This document shows, piece by piece, positions 1 to 16,406 of a DNA stretch of 64,000 nt. Source of the DNA: Eledone cirrhosa. Lineage: Eukaryota. Location of the stretch: contig OZ024741.1 of NCBI GenBank assembly GCA_964016885.1, positions 88,288,001 to 88,352,000 of the forward strand, written 5' to 3'. How positions within the stretch are numbered: the first letter of the stretch is position 1; each line of letters begins with the position of its first letter. The translations under genes and the position numbers were made by a program. The notes below the pieces were generated by a model. It saw nothing but the letters and a program-made list of their open reading frames with translations. It searched no databases and was not told the origin of the DNA.

Positions 1-3395
<3,395 letters not shown>

Positions 3396-3700
3396 TACAT
3401 ATGTCCGCATGTATCTGTGTGTTTCTAATTATATTGTTAATAACTCCCTCTGGTCGAGCAATCTTTGAAGTGTGGGGACAGCTGGAAGGCTTCCATTACT
3501 CATACTTCTCGCCTTCTTCACCACCTCTTCTGCGGCCTCGATATAAATACCCCCTCCGCCTCCGTGGTATTTTCTTCGGGGTTATAGGAGGCTTAGCTCT
3601 ATTTCTCGACCGTTATATCGCGTGACTATCTCCCCCTCCGCCTTTTGGGATTCTTTCTCACGTCGTGTAGACGCGTTCTTGAGACTAGTAAAATGAGGTA

Positions 3701-3790
3701 TCCTCTTGATAAGTCGGCAGACCTCGCAAGGACTCTATGTCTTTATGATATATTGTTTTTGTTTATGCCACGAAACTACGTAGTCGAGGA
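3701..3790 (+). ncRNA. Type I hammerhead ribozyme motif, U3-A8 variant (copy 1)
   Basis: Stem I TCCTC/GAGGA, core TTGATAA, stem II GT(C)GGCA/TGCCAC with a long extension, GAAA, palindromic stem III ACTACGTAGT, GTC cleavage triplet ending at 3785. Confidence 0.7.
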
Positions 3791-4297
3791 ATTTAGGAGC
3801 AGTTTAGGTATGATACATTTTATTACTAATTATATCTAAATGTTTCTTCTCTCTTCATAATGTATTTTTAACTCTGATACTGGTTCAGTCTAGTTCAACT
3901 GAATTGGTCTGTCCCAGTCATTCATTGAGCAACATCGGTGAAGTTGGCACCCTTAACTCACAGTTGGGTGCGGATGCATTCATGTATATATGTGTGTGTG
4001 TCCGCATGTATCTGTGTGTTTCTAATTATATTGTTAATAACTCCCTCTGGTCGAGCAAACTTTGAAGTGTGGGGACAGCTGGAAGGCTTCCATTACTCAT
4101 ACTTCTCGCCTTCTTCACCACCTCTTCTGCGGCCTCGATATAAATACCCCCTCCGCCTCCGTGGTATTTTCTTCGGGGTTATAGGAGGCTTAGCTCTGTT
4201 TCTCGACCGTTATATCGCGTGACTATCTCCCCCTCCGCCTTTTGGGATTCTTTCTCACGTCGTGTAGACGCGTTCTTGAGACTAGTAAAATGAGGTA

Positions 4298-4387
4298 TCC
4301 TCTTGATAAGTCGGCAGACCTCGCAAGGACTCTATATCTTTATGATATATTGTTTTTGTTTATGCCACGAAACTACGTAGTCGAGGA
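4298..4387 (+). ncRNA. Type I hammerhead ribozyme motif, U3-A8 variant (copy 2)
   Basis: Same motif 597 bp downstream; predicted cleavage after 4382. Confidence 0.7.
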
Positions 4388-4623
4388 ATTTAGGAGCAGT
4401 TTAGGTATGATACATTTTATTACTAATTATATCTAAATGTTTCTTCTCTCTTCATAATGTATTTTTAACTCTGATACTGGTTCAGTCTAGTTCAACTGAA
4501 TTGGTCTGTCCCAGTCATTCATTGAGCAACATCGGTGAAGTTGGCACCCTTAACTCACAGTTGGGTGCGGATGCATTCATGTATATATGTGTGTGTGTCC
4601 GCATGTATCTGTGTGTTTCTAAT

Positions 4624-4723
<100 letters not shown>

Positions 4724-4730
4724 CATACTC

Positions 4731-4855
4731 ATTTTATTAAGGCTAAATATTCTTGTTACTCAGGAGTTTCACCCGCTTCTCACAGATGACCCTGTAAGAA
4801 GCAGGTGAAACTCCAGCGTAACAAGGCTCAGTATCTACCCTTGATAAAATGAATA
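4731..4855. repeat. Imperfect foldback palindrome adjoining (TA)n
   Basis: attttattaagg..cttgttac..ggagtttcacc..gcttct pairs with agaagc..ggtgaaactcc..gtaacaag..ccttgataaaat. Confidence 0.75.
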
Positions 4856-5429
4856 TTTAAACTCTATTTCGTTTTTGAGTATTCTCTTCTCTTGGCCATC
4901 AACTATATATGGATATATATAAACTAAGACAATCAATTACATTAATTTGTTTATAAACAGATTTTCATCAAACTATGCAAACAATAATTCTATAATCAAC
5001 CCCACCTACCAGATATATACCATGCAAAACATAAATTAAAATTCACACACATCCCTCAAAACCATACCTCAACCCACCCAGCAAATTAACAATCTACTCA
5101 ACATCATCAGGCTGCAACTATCGTACTATGTAGTGACAAAAGACAAAAACAAAAATAAGACAGAATATGAAACTTGACTATTAGTTTAACTGTATTCTGT
5201 TTTGCCTTTGCTTTTTCTGTCTCTTTACTCAATATATTAAACGGGACTCCTATGGCTGTCCGTTTGTCGTAGGAGCACCAATCCTTGGATTTTTTACCTT
5301 ATTGTGGGGCCTATCACTAAGGGGGCTTGCTGGATGGCATTTTTCAAAGATGCATTCTTGGTTTTAGCCAAATATACTGTGATAGGCTGATTCCAAACCC
5401 CCACTTTAGAATTATTGTGAATTAGAAGT

Positions 5430-6060
5430 CATGTTTCAACCAAGGTCAGGAAACAGTCTTGAAACTCATCTAAGGATTTATGTTGAAGTCCAAACTCTAA
5501 AGATAGTCACTAGTTTCACATCCCGTTGATTAACTGTAACTAATGAAAAGTTAGACAAGAAAACTGATATACGCATAGAAAAGGCAAGTTCAGCTTTTGG
5601 TATATTTTATGGTAGACTATAAAACACTCCCGTTTGTCAAAACAAAAGTTGATATCTATAAAGCTGTTGTTCTTACAACTCTTTTACTATGAAGCAGAAG
5701 CCTGGACCTACTATTGCAAACACATAAATCAAATGAACAGTTTCCATATGATGTGTCTAAGGCAGATTTGTGGTGTAAAATGGAATGATAGAGTGAAAAA
5801 TAGCGAAATGCTATTGCAATGCAATATTTCTGGAATAGAAACAGTGTTGATCAAATTTCAGATGAGATGGTGTGGCCACATTTTGAGAATGAATGATGGA
5901 AGAATCCCAAAACAAGTCTTATTTGGTCAACTGAAAGGCCTTTGTAAAAAAAAGTAGGTTGGCCACTACCTTATAATGCCAAGCTTAGAGACAATTTGAA
6001 ATGTCTAAATATGAATATTAACAGCTGCCAATAATAGGACTGAGTGGAGAAAGTAATGTC
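5430..6060 (+). mobile_element. Degenerate RTE-clade LINE 3' ORF fragment
   Basis: The 5634-5957 ORF contains FHMMCLRQICGVKWNDRVKN...QMRWCGHILRMNDGRIPKQVLFGQL, typical of the RTE C-terminal region. Frameshifted. Confidence 0.8.
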
Positions 6061-6425
6061 ATGTGAAGCTTAACTTTGAAAAACATATTCGTCATCAAGA
6101 CCAGTTGTATGTAAATCGAAAACATAATCAACTATCCATGTCTTCATTGCAACTTTTCAGCTAGGTCAAATGCTGAGCTAAAGAGTCATCTCAGGACTCA
6201 TATGGTTCCAGAAAACTTGACATACAAAGTCTGTAACCATGACTAAAAATGCTACAGGCCTTAAATTACACATGTATGCTCACAAAATGGAATAATGTTA
6301 GGACATTATATTTGCTGAAATCCACTAACCAGTTCTTGCAAGAGATCTGCTTTTGCTCTATCTTCTGTTGAACACTTGCATGTTGTTTTCAACTGGAGAC
6401 TCCATCATATAAATATATGTGTATA

Positions 6426-6458
<33 letters not shown>

Positions 6459-7779
6459 GTATATGGAGTAAGTAGAATTGAAGTCAGTGTTGCAGTTTCT
6501 CCTAGGAGAACTCACTCTGATATAAAACCTGCAACTTTTTTTGCATACAATAATCAGAAAGTGAGATTGGCCCTGTGCAAAGCCTTTCCTCACTTAAAAA
6601 AGCTTCAAACACAGGCAAGTTCTTAGCAGGACTAAAAAGCCATATCTGTGATGTTCATGTTTAAGTATCAAGTGATGGCATTACTCGAAATTGAGTTGCA
6701 GCCATCATATATATACGTGTGTATGTATATATATATATGTATGTAGAAATCCCAGGAAATGCCAGTGGAAGGAAGCCGTAGTAGAAGTAAACCAAGCAAC
6801 CCTGTGCAGAGGTTGTGAGAGCTGACCTCAAGTCGCTGAGATGAAGAAACACGATGAGTGGAGAGATGCCATACTAAGAAGGACCCGTCTAAGTCATGCA
6901 AATGTGGAAAAACAGGCATAAAAACGATGATGATGATTGGTTATTCCAAAGTTTTTAAATAAATAATATTGTTTCTTGATTCCAAGAACCATGTTTGTGG
7001 TGTAGATTTTAATCTTCACTGACTCACTTGCCTACAACTATGTTACAGATTCATATCCTTTCCTGGTGACAACCTACAACCAAAGAAAAACTTCAATTTC
7101 TACTTCAATAACATTACATTTACTGCTACAAAACATCTTTTCCCGCTATAACAACTAACTAAACATTCTTTTTCGGCTAACATTGCCATACAACAAAATT
7201 CTTTTTCCTGCTGCAATTTAATAACATATATTTTTTCTGCAAAAGGAGAACTATATGGGTAAAACAGATTTATCTTAGTCAGTCTATCATATATCCCTCC
7301 CCAAATTGAGATTTTGGCTTAAGTTTAATATGTTTAATTACTTCTCTGAGTTGATAATTTTATCTCTATATTTTATCCTTTCATCGAGATGTCTAAGTAT
7401 TGGAGACAAATAACTTTTTATTTGATATATATGTACGTATATCATCATCATCATCATCATCATCATCACTGTTTAATGACTATTCTTCCATGCTAGTGTG
7501 AATTAGATGAGTTGTCCTGTTGTGATACAAGCCAGGTCAGATGGCTATGTCTTGCTCATACAGAACTGATTTGGGTTTGATTTCTACAGCTAGATGCCCT
7601 TCCCAATGTCAACCACATTTACAGTGTGTACTGGGTGCTTATTGTTGTGACACCTACATGATCACTTTACAGTGTGAGCTGGGCACTTTTTGTCGTGAGT
7701 GACATATACACAACCACTTTACAGTAGGTGTGGGCTCAGCCGGGTATAAAATATGTGTCAGAGTGACACTCCTACAGCT

Positions 7780-8240
7780 TGATCAGAAATACTCTGAACG
7801 CCTTGCTTCCCTGGGCATGGATACATTGAAGCTCCGACGTCAGGCAACTGACTTGGTAAACACCCACAAAATTATTAACCATCTTGCCAACAACAACCCT
7901 GAGTACCTTTTTGATTACTATGTGTCTAACACACGTGGGCATGCCCACAAAGTCAGAAAACAGCACAGCTCCCATGACTTTCGGAAACATTTTTTCATGC
8001 TCAGAGTTTTCACTGCATCAGTTATTAGCTGTCGAGACACTGCATCCTTTAAAACCTCCATGCTTCCTGAGATTCACCAACACTACACCTAATATTCCCT
8101 CTCCATACACACACACACACATGTATATCATACACTATTCATTTCCCTGACATTTGTATATTATTCTATGTACTATACATGCACCTTTGATGAGTTGTAG
8201 TGCACCTGAGTACTGTACACAATAATTTCATTATTATTAT
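7780..8240 (+). mobile_element. CR1/L2-type LINE 3' end with (ATT)n tail
   Basis: YSERLASLGMDTLKLRR..D..HKII..TRGH..KVRKQ..RKHFF motif. Homologous copy at 32680-33235. Confidence 0.8.
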
Positions 8241-10189
8241 ATATATATATATATATAATTATGGGATGAGACATTCAATAATGATAAGTATAAGTTACTG
8301 TGAGTAAGTAAATAATAACAACACCAACAAAAATATAGCTTCATAAAATCCCTCAACATATCAATATTTCAAATAATTTTGTTGTGTTTGAAAGGTTTGT
8401 AATGAATGAAACAAGGAGTAGAAACTTGACTTCAGTATTTCATATGAAACACAATAATTGAAAACAAGATACTTTGAATTTTTAAAAATCCAATCATTAT
8501 TATTAATTTGTAAACGACAGCTACAGCAATAACAATAGCAGAAACAACTAAACATTGGAGTATAAATTGAAAATTACAATAAAAAGAAATTCAACATTTC
8601 TGTTATCATTTGTGAACAATAAATGAATTTTCCCACATTTTTTTTTCTTTGTGTAAAAGATTTATGGAACAAGACTATTCAACACCTTCAACAGTTTGGT
8701 TCACATTTGACAGGATAACCCAGCAGGTATGGTTGGATTAACAGATAATTACCTGCTTCCTCGGCAATGACAAAAAAATATACATTCACCCCTTCAACAA
8801 ATTAATGATATTAACACAAAGATAAATTTGACAAGAGGTAATATTTCATCAGATATCTGTGAGAAATTTCTCAATAACTATTACAAATTATATTTTTTTT
8901 ATCATCAATTCTATGAAAAAATATATATATATATTTATGTATTACATTAATACACATCGTTTTATTTCTAACAAAATAAAATACACCATTGTTGAAAGAC
9001 ATGTTTTAACAACAAAAGATGAAACTGGTTTTGTATCATATTCAGTTGTGAAGAATCAAATTTGCTTCACCAATAAAAACTGGCAAGAAGAAAACATCAT
9101 TAGCTGGAAGAGTTTGATTATTTCCAATATTATTACAGAAAGCAAACAATTACAATGAAAAGTTGGAACAAATTAAAAATACTTGGTATTTTATTTTTAA
9201 ATTCTTTGATCCTCAATAGACATAAGTGATCACTGTTTTGATTGCTCCTTCATTTCCTTAAGATACTTTTTTAAAAATACACTTTATACAAATAAGCACA
9301 CAATTTATTAAGTTTTATGTGAAATTCAATTATGGTTAAATTATTTTAAATATCATTTTTCATTAATTTACAATGTACTGGGAAATTTAAAATTTTAAAA
9401 TATAGTTACCACAATACAGATCCCTACAATGGATAACTATAATGCAAATGGAAAAAAGTAGACAGATATATGTTTATGTCCACTTTTTTCTGTCTCTAGG
9501 GTACTTTATCCAATTTCTTTAACTATTATTATAGATATCTGCATTGTGGCAACCACATTCTCAAATATTTCAATATATTTTAGTTCAGAATCTTTTCAAC
9601 AGCAAAACTATGCTAGAAAGGCAAAAGAAAAAGCACAGAACATTATTTCAGCAGCTACTGTACAGCTATATCATTTCTAATTGAGGTCTCATCAGCTTAG
9701 GTGTAACTAAAATATCATTGCATAGCCACATATATACATATATTAAGACAGGAATCTACATAGAAAACACGATGATGTTAAGTTGAGAAAAAGTCTAAGA
9801 GGAATAATTCCAGAATATTCTAAATAGCATATAGACTGCTAGATCAAAATTTGAAATATGCAAATACATTTAAACATATTTTAGTCTTGCATAGTTTCTG
9901 AGTTATATCTGAAAGGGTTTGGAGCATATGTATAGTGCAACCTCGGTTAATAGATGAATACATTCTAATATATATCAGTATAGCTCCACTGCAGCTGCTA
10001 CATGTATGTTCTCTCACCATATTAGGCCTTAATACTACATGTGACTATGTTTTATATATATTGTTGAAAAAGGGGGTTCTAACTGCTCACAGTTTTACCT
10101 ATATGTGTATATATATATAAAGGTTTAAGTCTGTCCTAAGCCAACCAGACTTATCAGGCTAGTTCTCATCCCAGTTGCTTTGGCATTAA

Positions 10190-10386
10190 CCCTTTAGCAT
10201 TTACATGACTCTATATTTACATGATAAAGGCTTTATCTCATATAATATCGAATCTATGAGATTCTGATATTATTTATTTTGAGAACAATACCTTAACATC
10301 AGTAATGAGTAGCAAATTACAACCAGTTTTAACAGAAAGAGGTGAGAGAATTCTGGCTGGATATGGCCGGTTTAAATGGTAAAGGG
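10190..10386. mobile_element. piggyBac-type MITE (family B)
   Basis: TTAA|CCCTTTAGCATTTA...TAAATGGTAAAGGG|TTAA. Related copies at 16194, 56207, 57077 and a partial one near 58450-58617. Confidence 0.8.
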
Positions 10387-11382
10387 TTAAGCAAATTAGA
10401 GTATAAAACTTCCCCTCAGCAGAACGCCAGCTGCTGGTACTCATTTTCAACAGAATGAACTGGAGCAATGTGAAATGAAGTGTTTTGCTCAAGAACATAA
10501 CATGCCATCTAGTTCAGGAATCGAATCCCTGACATTCTGGTTGTAAGACCATCATCCTAACTACTAGACTGAGTACCTTCACTTACTTTATATATTGAAT
10601 TATGTCAGCTCCTACATCTATACTGTTGATTCTATAGGGCAAATATTTCATCCTAGTTGATATTCTCAAAGCTAAATATAAAAAAACCTTTGCATTGAAT
10701 TTTTTGTATATGGAAGAAAGTAATCCCAACTTGTATTTTTTTTAATCTCTTAGAAAGTTTAATGAATTAATCATATTGTGCACACACATACACTGCAACT
10801 TCATCTAAAAATAATAAATTTAACATATATGCTTATGGATGTAGTGCAATGGTTGATATATTTGAATTTGGGTAACATAGTTCAATGCCCTTTTTTTAAA
10901 CATTAATCACACATTTAGATGCTTATGTGTATTTCATTTATTTATGTAATAATTTGTTAATAGTTGCTGCATCATTAACTTATAGTCAGTTGATATCATG
11001 TGTATATGTATGTGTGTGTGGACTTCAGAAAGCCATATTTGTAATTCATTACTGTTTTGGCACATCTTTAAAGACCTCATCTTCATGACTGATTAAAAGG
11101 GAGAAATACACCACAGTAGTATCTTGTGGCCATGAGAGGATTTCAGTTCAATGGTGGAAACTAACAAAATAATTTACATTACTTATGCAGTAGTGATCAG
11201 ACTGCTTAGCACCTAGATATAGTGGTACAAGTAAACCACTTTAACACTGTGGATAGAGATTATTGAGAGTGGATTAGTTAAACCAAGAGATACATTGTAG
11301 CACCAAGAATGAGATACAAGCCATTAACCCTTTCCATGGGAAGCCAATATCTTATTGACAATCCCATCATAAACAGCTTTAA

Positions 11383-11780
11383 CCCTTTTGATATCAAATT
11401 GCCCCTGGTTCTATGAGTGAAAACTGTTTATTTTAATGTGTATATATTTATCTTAAAATCTTCCATCATAATTTTATGTAAGAACCTTTGTTAAGTTATG
11501 TTCCAAATACTAGCTTAACTCTTTCCAAATTCATAATTATTTTGAAAATTATGTGAGCAACAGCAACTCTCACAAGGATCCTTCCTCAAGTAGGCTACTG
11601 TCATAGTAATTTACTAATATAACTAACTTTTTTGTTACTGAGCTGGTGTTTGGAATATAACTTAACAACGGTTATTACAGAAAATTATGGTGAAATGGTT
11701 TTAGATAAATATAAAGACTTTAAAATAAACAACTTATGATAAAACCAGTGGCAGTTTTAGACAGGTTGGTACCGAAAGGG
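11383..11780. mobile_element. piggyBac-type MITE (family A)
   Basis: TTAA|CCCTTTTGATA...GAAAGGG|TTAA with an internally palindromic body. Confidence 0.75.
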
Positions 11781-12517
11781 TTAAGGTTTATACCAAAATA
11801 TGCAGAAAAAACACTGAGGATGATTCTTTAAACAAACAGACATTATTTCAAATAAAGTTTTCTTCAGAAAAAAAGTATGTGTATATATATATACATATAT
11901 ATATTTGAGAACTCATTGAAAAATATTGTTTACAAAAGCAAAGAGAAAGCAATAGAAATATTGATAATGAAATCTCAACTAAATTGAAATTCTAAAAATG
12001 TATTTAGTTTTTATTTTAATGTGTATTTATTTTTGTAAAATAAATAATTAGTACAAACAGCAAATAAAGGATGATGAGAAATAATAGACTTCTATTTTAT
12101 AAAGAAAAAGTTGTAAGTACCAGAAGAGAGAAAGAGTAAGCAAGTATCATAAAGAAAAGCAGAGTTTTAGGCTTGGTTTTGTTTTATTTGGGTTATTTTA
12201 CTTTTTTTTCGAAAGAAAAAAAAATTATGGCAATCTGTGAAAATATCTCAAAAGTTATGAAAGACGAATATTTCTGGTTATTTCTAACAGTGCATATTAA
12301 ATTTATTGCCAGATTGGCTCTCCCTACCCCAAAATAGCAGCAATATATATATATAGTTTGGAATTGAAACAGAAATAGAAGCTTCGACTTAATATTTTTA
12401 CTATATAATATAGTCTAATAATGGGGTGTATAAATCCACTGATATATATATATATATATATTTCGTTTCTGAATTTGTTTAGCAAGATTCTTTATCTGAA
12501 AACGTGTGTTGAAACCA

Positions 12518-12999
12518 ATATTGTTATACTTTGGGAGGGTCATGTTGCCAATAAGAAACACACGCACCAGTTGCTTTCACTTCAATTTATTATAAATTAA
12601 ATTTATAAATTTCCGGTTGGTTGGTTGGTTCCACAACCAGACGATTGTTCATATATTGTCAAAGTTCTTTCGTCACACATTCTGTGACCTCTTCAGTGAC
12701 TGGGGATTCTTTTCTTTGTTTTTGTGCCTCTCCTTTGTTCTGTCCTACGCCATCTTGTTTTTGTAAGATGGCGTAGGACAGAACAAAGGAGAGGCACAAA
12801 AACAAAGAAAAGAATCCCTAGTCACTGAAGAGGTCACAGAATGTGTGACGAAAGAACTTTGACAATATATGAACAATCGTCTGGTTGTGGAACCAACCAA
12901 CCGGAAATTTATAAATTTAATTTATAATAAATTGAAGTGAAAGCAACTGGTGCGTGTGTTTCTTATTGGCAACATGACCCTCCCAAAGTATAACAATAT
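12518..12999. mobile_element. Near-perfect foldback of about 240-bp arms with an 8-nt loop, in (TA)n; probable inverted Penelope-like pLTR
   Basis: Arms 12518-12756 and 12765-12999, loop GTTTTTGT. Contains a hammerhead-like core. Confidence 0.7.
12821..12863 (+). ncRNA. Minimal hammerhead-like motif
   Basis: GTCA-CTGAAGA-G-GTCACA-gaatg-TGTGAC-GAAA-GAAC-TT-TGAC. The extra G and very short stem III are atypical. Confidence 0.45.
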
Positions 13000-13850
13000 A
13001 TATATATATAAAGAAAATCCTACTGCACTCTCTGAATACATTGGACACAATAATACATTAGTTTTCTGAGTTCAATGGAGTTTCTTAGGCAGTTTCTTTT
13101 TTACACTAGACTCAATACCAGCACTTTGAAATAATGTTTTTATTGATTGAATTTCACTAGAGTAAATAATTTGAATTCAGAATGCAAAGTGCTGGAATGG
13201 ATACCATAAGACATCTAAACAATTCTGCCAACTGCTCTAACAATTCTGCCAATTGCTCTAACAATTTTGCCAACTGCTTTAGCAATTCTGCCAATCCACT
13301 GCCCTGGGACAGGTATTCCAAAAAGCAAAGTTGATCTCGGCAGGATTTGAACTCAGAAAGCAAGGCATTTATTTGATGTGATATATTCATTTATATTGTT
13401 TAATTGTTTTATAATATGTTCTTTCATGCATTTTTCTTTGCATTTTTAATTTAGTTATGTATTTTTCATAAGGATCAGCAATCAGCATGATGGTTGAAAA
13501 AAATCAAGAAAAAACAAAAGGAACAACAATTACAGTACAAATATTTTGTAAGATTCACAAGTTTAAAAAAACAATCAAATTTCCTGATTGAATTTTCTGT
13601 CTCTGTCCCTCTCCCTCAGCACTACAGTACTGATAAAATATAGTTAGAGATCATAAATAGATTATAAGAAATTCTTTTTTTAAATTAAAAAAATTTTTCT
13701 CTGACATTATCTATCCATTTGGAGTTTTAAATAAATTTCAAGCATATTTTATGGTAGCCCTGAAAAAAACACCCCCCAAAAAAACATGAAAATTCTTTTT
13801 TTTTTTTTTTTTAATAATGAACATTTTCTGTCCTTTGATTGCTGATGTAG

Positions 13851-14846
13851 TGTGACATATTCAACTCTCATACTATTGTAAACTGTGACAACATATTCAG
13901 CTCCTATACTATTTAAACTGTGACATATTCAACTCTCATACTATTGTAAACTGTAACAACATATTCAGCTCCTATACTATTATAAACTGTGACATATTCA
14001 ACTCTCATACTATTGTAAACTGTAACAACATATTCAGCTCCTATACTATTTAAACTGTGACATATTCAACTCTCATACTATTGTAAACTGTGACAACATA
14101 TTCAGCTCCTATACTATTATAAACTGTGACATATTCAACTCTCATACTATTGTAAACTGTAACAACATATTCAGCTCCTATACTATTTAAACTGTGACAT
14201 ATTCAACTCTCATACTATTGTAAACTGTAACAACATATTCAGCTCCTATACTATTATAAACTGTGACATATTCAACTCTCATACTATTGTAAACTGTAAC
14301 AACATATTCAGCTCCTATACTATTATAAACTGTAACATATTCAACTCCTATACTATTGTAAACTGTGACAACATATTCAGCTCCTATACTATTATAAACT
14401 GTGACATATTCAACTCTCATACTATTGTAAACTGTAACAACATATTCAGCTCCTATACTATTATAAACTGTGACATATTCAACTCTCATTCTATTGTAAA
14501 CTGTGACAACATATTCAGCTCCTATACTATTATAAACTGTGACATATTCAACTCCTATACTATTGTAAACTGTAACAACATATTCAGCTCCTATACTATT
14601 ATAAACTGTGACATATTCAACTCCTATACTATTGTAAACTGTAACAACATATTCAGCTCCTATACTATTATAAACTGTGACATATTCAACTCTCATACTA
14701 TTGTAAACTGTGACAACATATTCAGCTCCTATACTATTATAAACTGTGACATATTCAACTCTCATACTATTGTAAACTGTAACAACATATTCAGCTCCTA
14801 TACTATTATAAACTGTGACATATTCAACTCTCATTCTATTGTAAAC
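13851..14846. repeat. Minisatellite of alternating 33-bp and 36-bp units (69-bp dimer); degenerate copies resume at 15069-15247
   Basis: Units tgtgacatattcaactctcatactattgtaaac and tgtaacaacatattcagctcctatactattataaac. Confidence 0.97.
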
Positions 14847-15088
14847 GGGTTTCAGTAACTATGATTTATTTATGCAGAAATACTTATTACAGAGTTGACA
14901 TAATCACACGGATATGGTCCAAACGTGGAAGAGCCGAACTCCCACTGTCATCGCCTCCATATCTCTCTGTATGGTGAGCAAATGGGGTCCCACAAGCTGG
15001 CCTCTCCACAGCCCTGGCGGACAAAACAGAGGAGTTTCCCCGGAGGATGGTAAGGGAGATGCGCTGTCAGCTCCTATAAACTGTTACA
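14840..15088 (-). mobile_element. GC-richer insertion in the minisatellite, possible solo LTR
   Basis: Minus strand reads TGTAAC...AATAAA...TTTACA. No clean TSD, and the ends blend with the satellite unit. Confidence 0.35.
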
Positions 15089-15829
15089 TATTCAGCTCCT
15101 ATGCAATTGTAAACTCTGACAAGATATTCAGCTCCTATACAATTGTAAACTCTGACAAGATATTCAGCTCCTATACTATTGTAAACTCTGACAACATATT
15201 CAGCTCCTGTACTATTGTAAACTGTGACATATTCAACTCCTATACTATACTGATTAATAAAATAAATAAATAAAACAGAAGCAAAAGAGAAAATTATAAA
15301 AAGTGTAAAGAAAAGAATTAATTAAAAATAGTAAATTTTCATAGTTTATTTATTTTTTTTAGTACTTTTAAGCAAGGTTTATTTTGAGGAAATTTTAGAA
15401 CTGCCCAAATCTTTGAGGCAAGTGCCATGAACCAGTGTTTGATATTCTCTGAGTCTGAGAAGCATTTGTAATGGTTATTTTTAACATTTTATGGGTGTTT
15501 TAATTCTTTTAACCATGTAAACACGTGTAATATTTGACACAAAATGTAAACATATAGCACAAAATTAGATCTAGAAGTACACAATCAAGGATGAACAGCA
15601 TGTTACAATAACCACTGGAACTACGTTACTGCAAATGAGGCTTTGACTCTGTTTTTGTTTGTTGTCTATTGTTTTGTATGTGGATGTATACTACACTCAT
15701 ATACACACAAAGTAACATGACAACACAACTTTAGTAAAACATAACTGACAAAAACCTCAGATGCATCTTGCCTAAAGAGGTCATTATAGTTGCAATGAAA
15801 ATATTGATTTCTAATTTAGGCAAAAGACC

Positions 15830-15968
15830 AGCATGTCCCCTCCTACAGGCCCAATATAGTGGGGTGTTACCATAATTATCTTTAACATTTACGTCAGCAC
15901 CACAGTCTACCAACATCTTCACTATGTCTACATTCCCCCTAAGTACAGCCATCTGCAAAGCTGAGGCC
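15830..15968 (-). pseudogene. Isolated ankyrin-repeat coding fragment (ALQMAVLRGNVDIVKMLVDCGADVNVKDNYGNTPLYWACRRGH) between SINE head and tail
   Basis: Clear ankyrin consensus. It matches none of the seven ANKRD29-like exons, and the flanks match the ends of the local SINE family. Confidence 0.65.
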
Positions 15969-16193
15969 ACCATTTTATCCAATTTCTATCAATTCTGCCA
16001 ATCTTTTGCCCTCAATTGTAATGAAAATATTAATGATAAATTAATCAGAAATATTAACTATTACCGTGTTTTAAATGGCAGTACTAAAAACCTTTGGACT
16101 CTATGTATCAATTCAACATGTTAATTCCCCCAAAATACTTTGTAATATGGAAAATCATTTTAGTCATTCAAAAAACACACAAAAACTGCTTAA

Positions 16194-16406
16194 CCCATTA
16201 CCATTTAAACCGGCAATATCCAGCCAGAAATCTCTCACCTCTTTCTGTCCAAACCGGCTGCTCATGCTGACGTTTATGTATTGTTCTCAAAATAAATAAT
16301 ATCAAAATCTCATAGATTCGATATTATGTGAAATAATTATGTAAGGTAAAGTTTTTCCCACAAAAATACAATAGTATATATAGAGAGTAATGTAAATGCT
16401 AAAGGG
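16194..16406. mobile_element. piggyBac-type MITE (family B)
   Basis: TTAA|CCCATTACCATTTA...TAAATGCTAAAGGG|TTAA. Confidence 0.8.

Noticed and set aside
13157-13390. ORF with a heptad-like LAELLEQ repeat
   Set aside because: A 21-bp tandem expansion of a SINE head sequence (ttggcagaattgttagagcag), not a coiled-coil exon.
14187-14834. 215-aa repetitive ORF
   Set aside because: By-product of the 69-bp minisatellite period. Neighbouring units with 1-bp deletions break the frame, and there is no splice or domain evidence.
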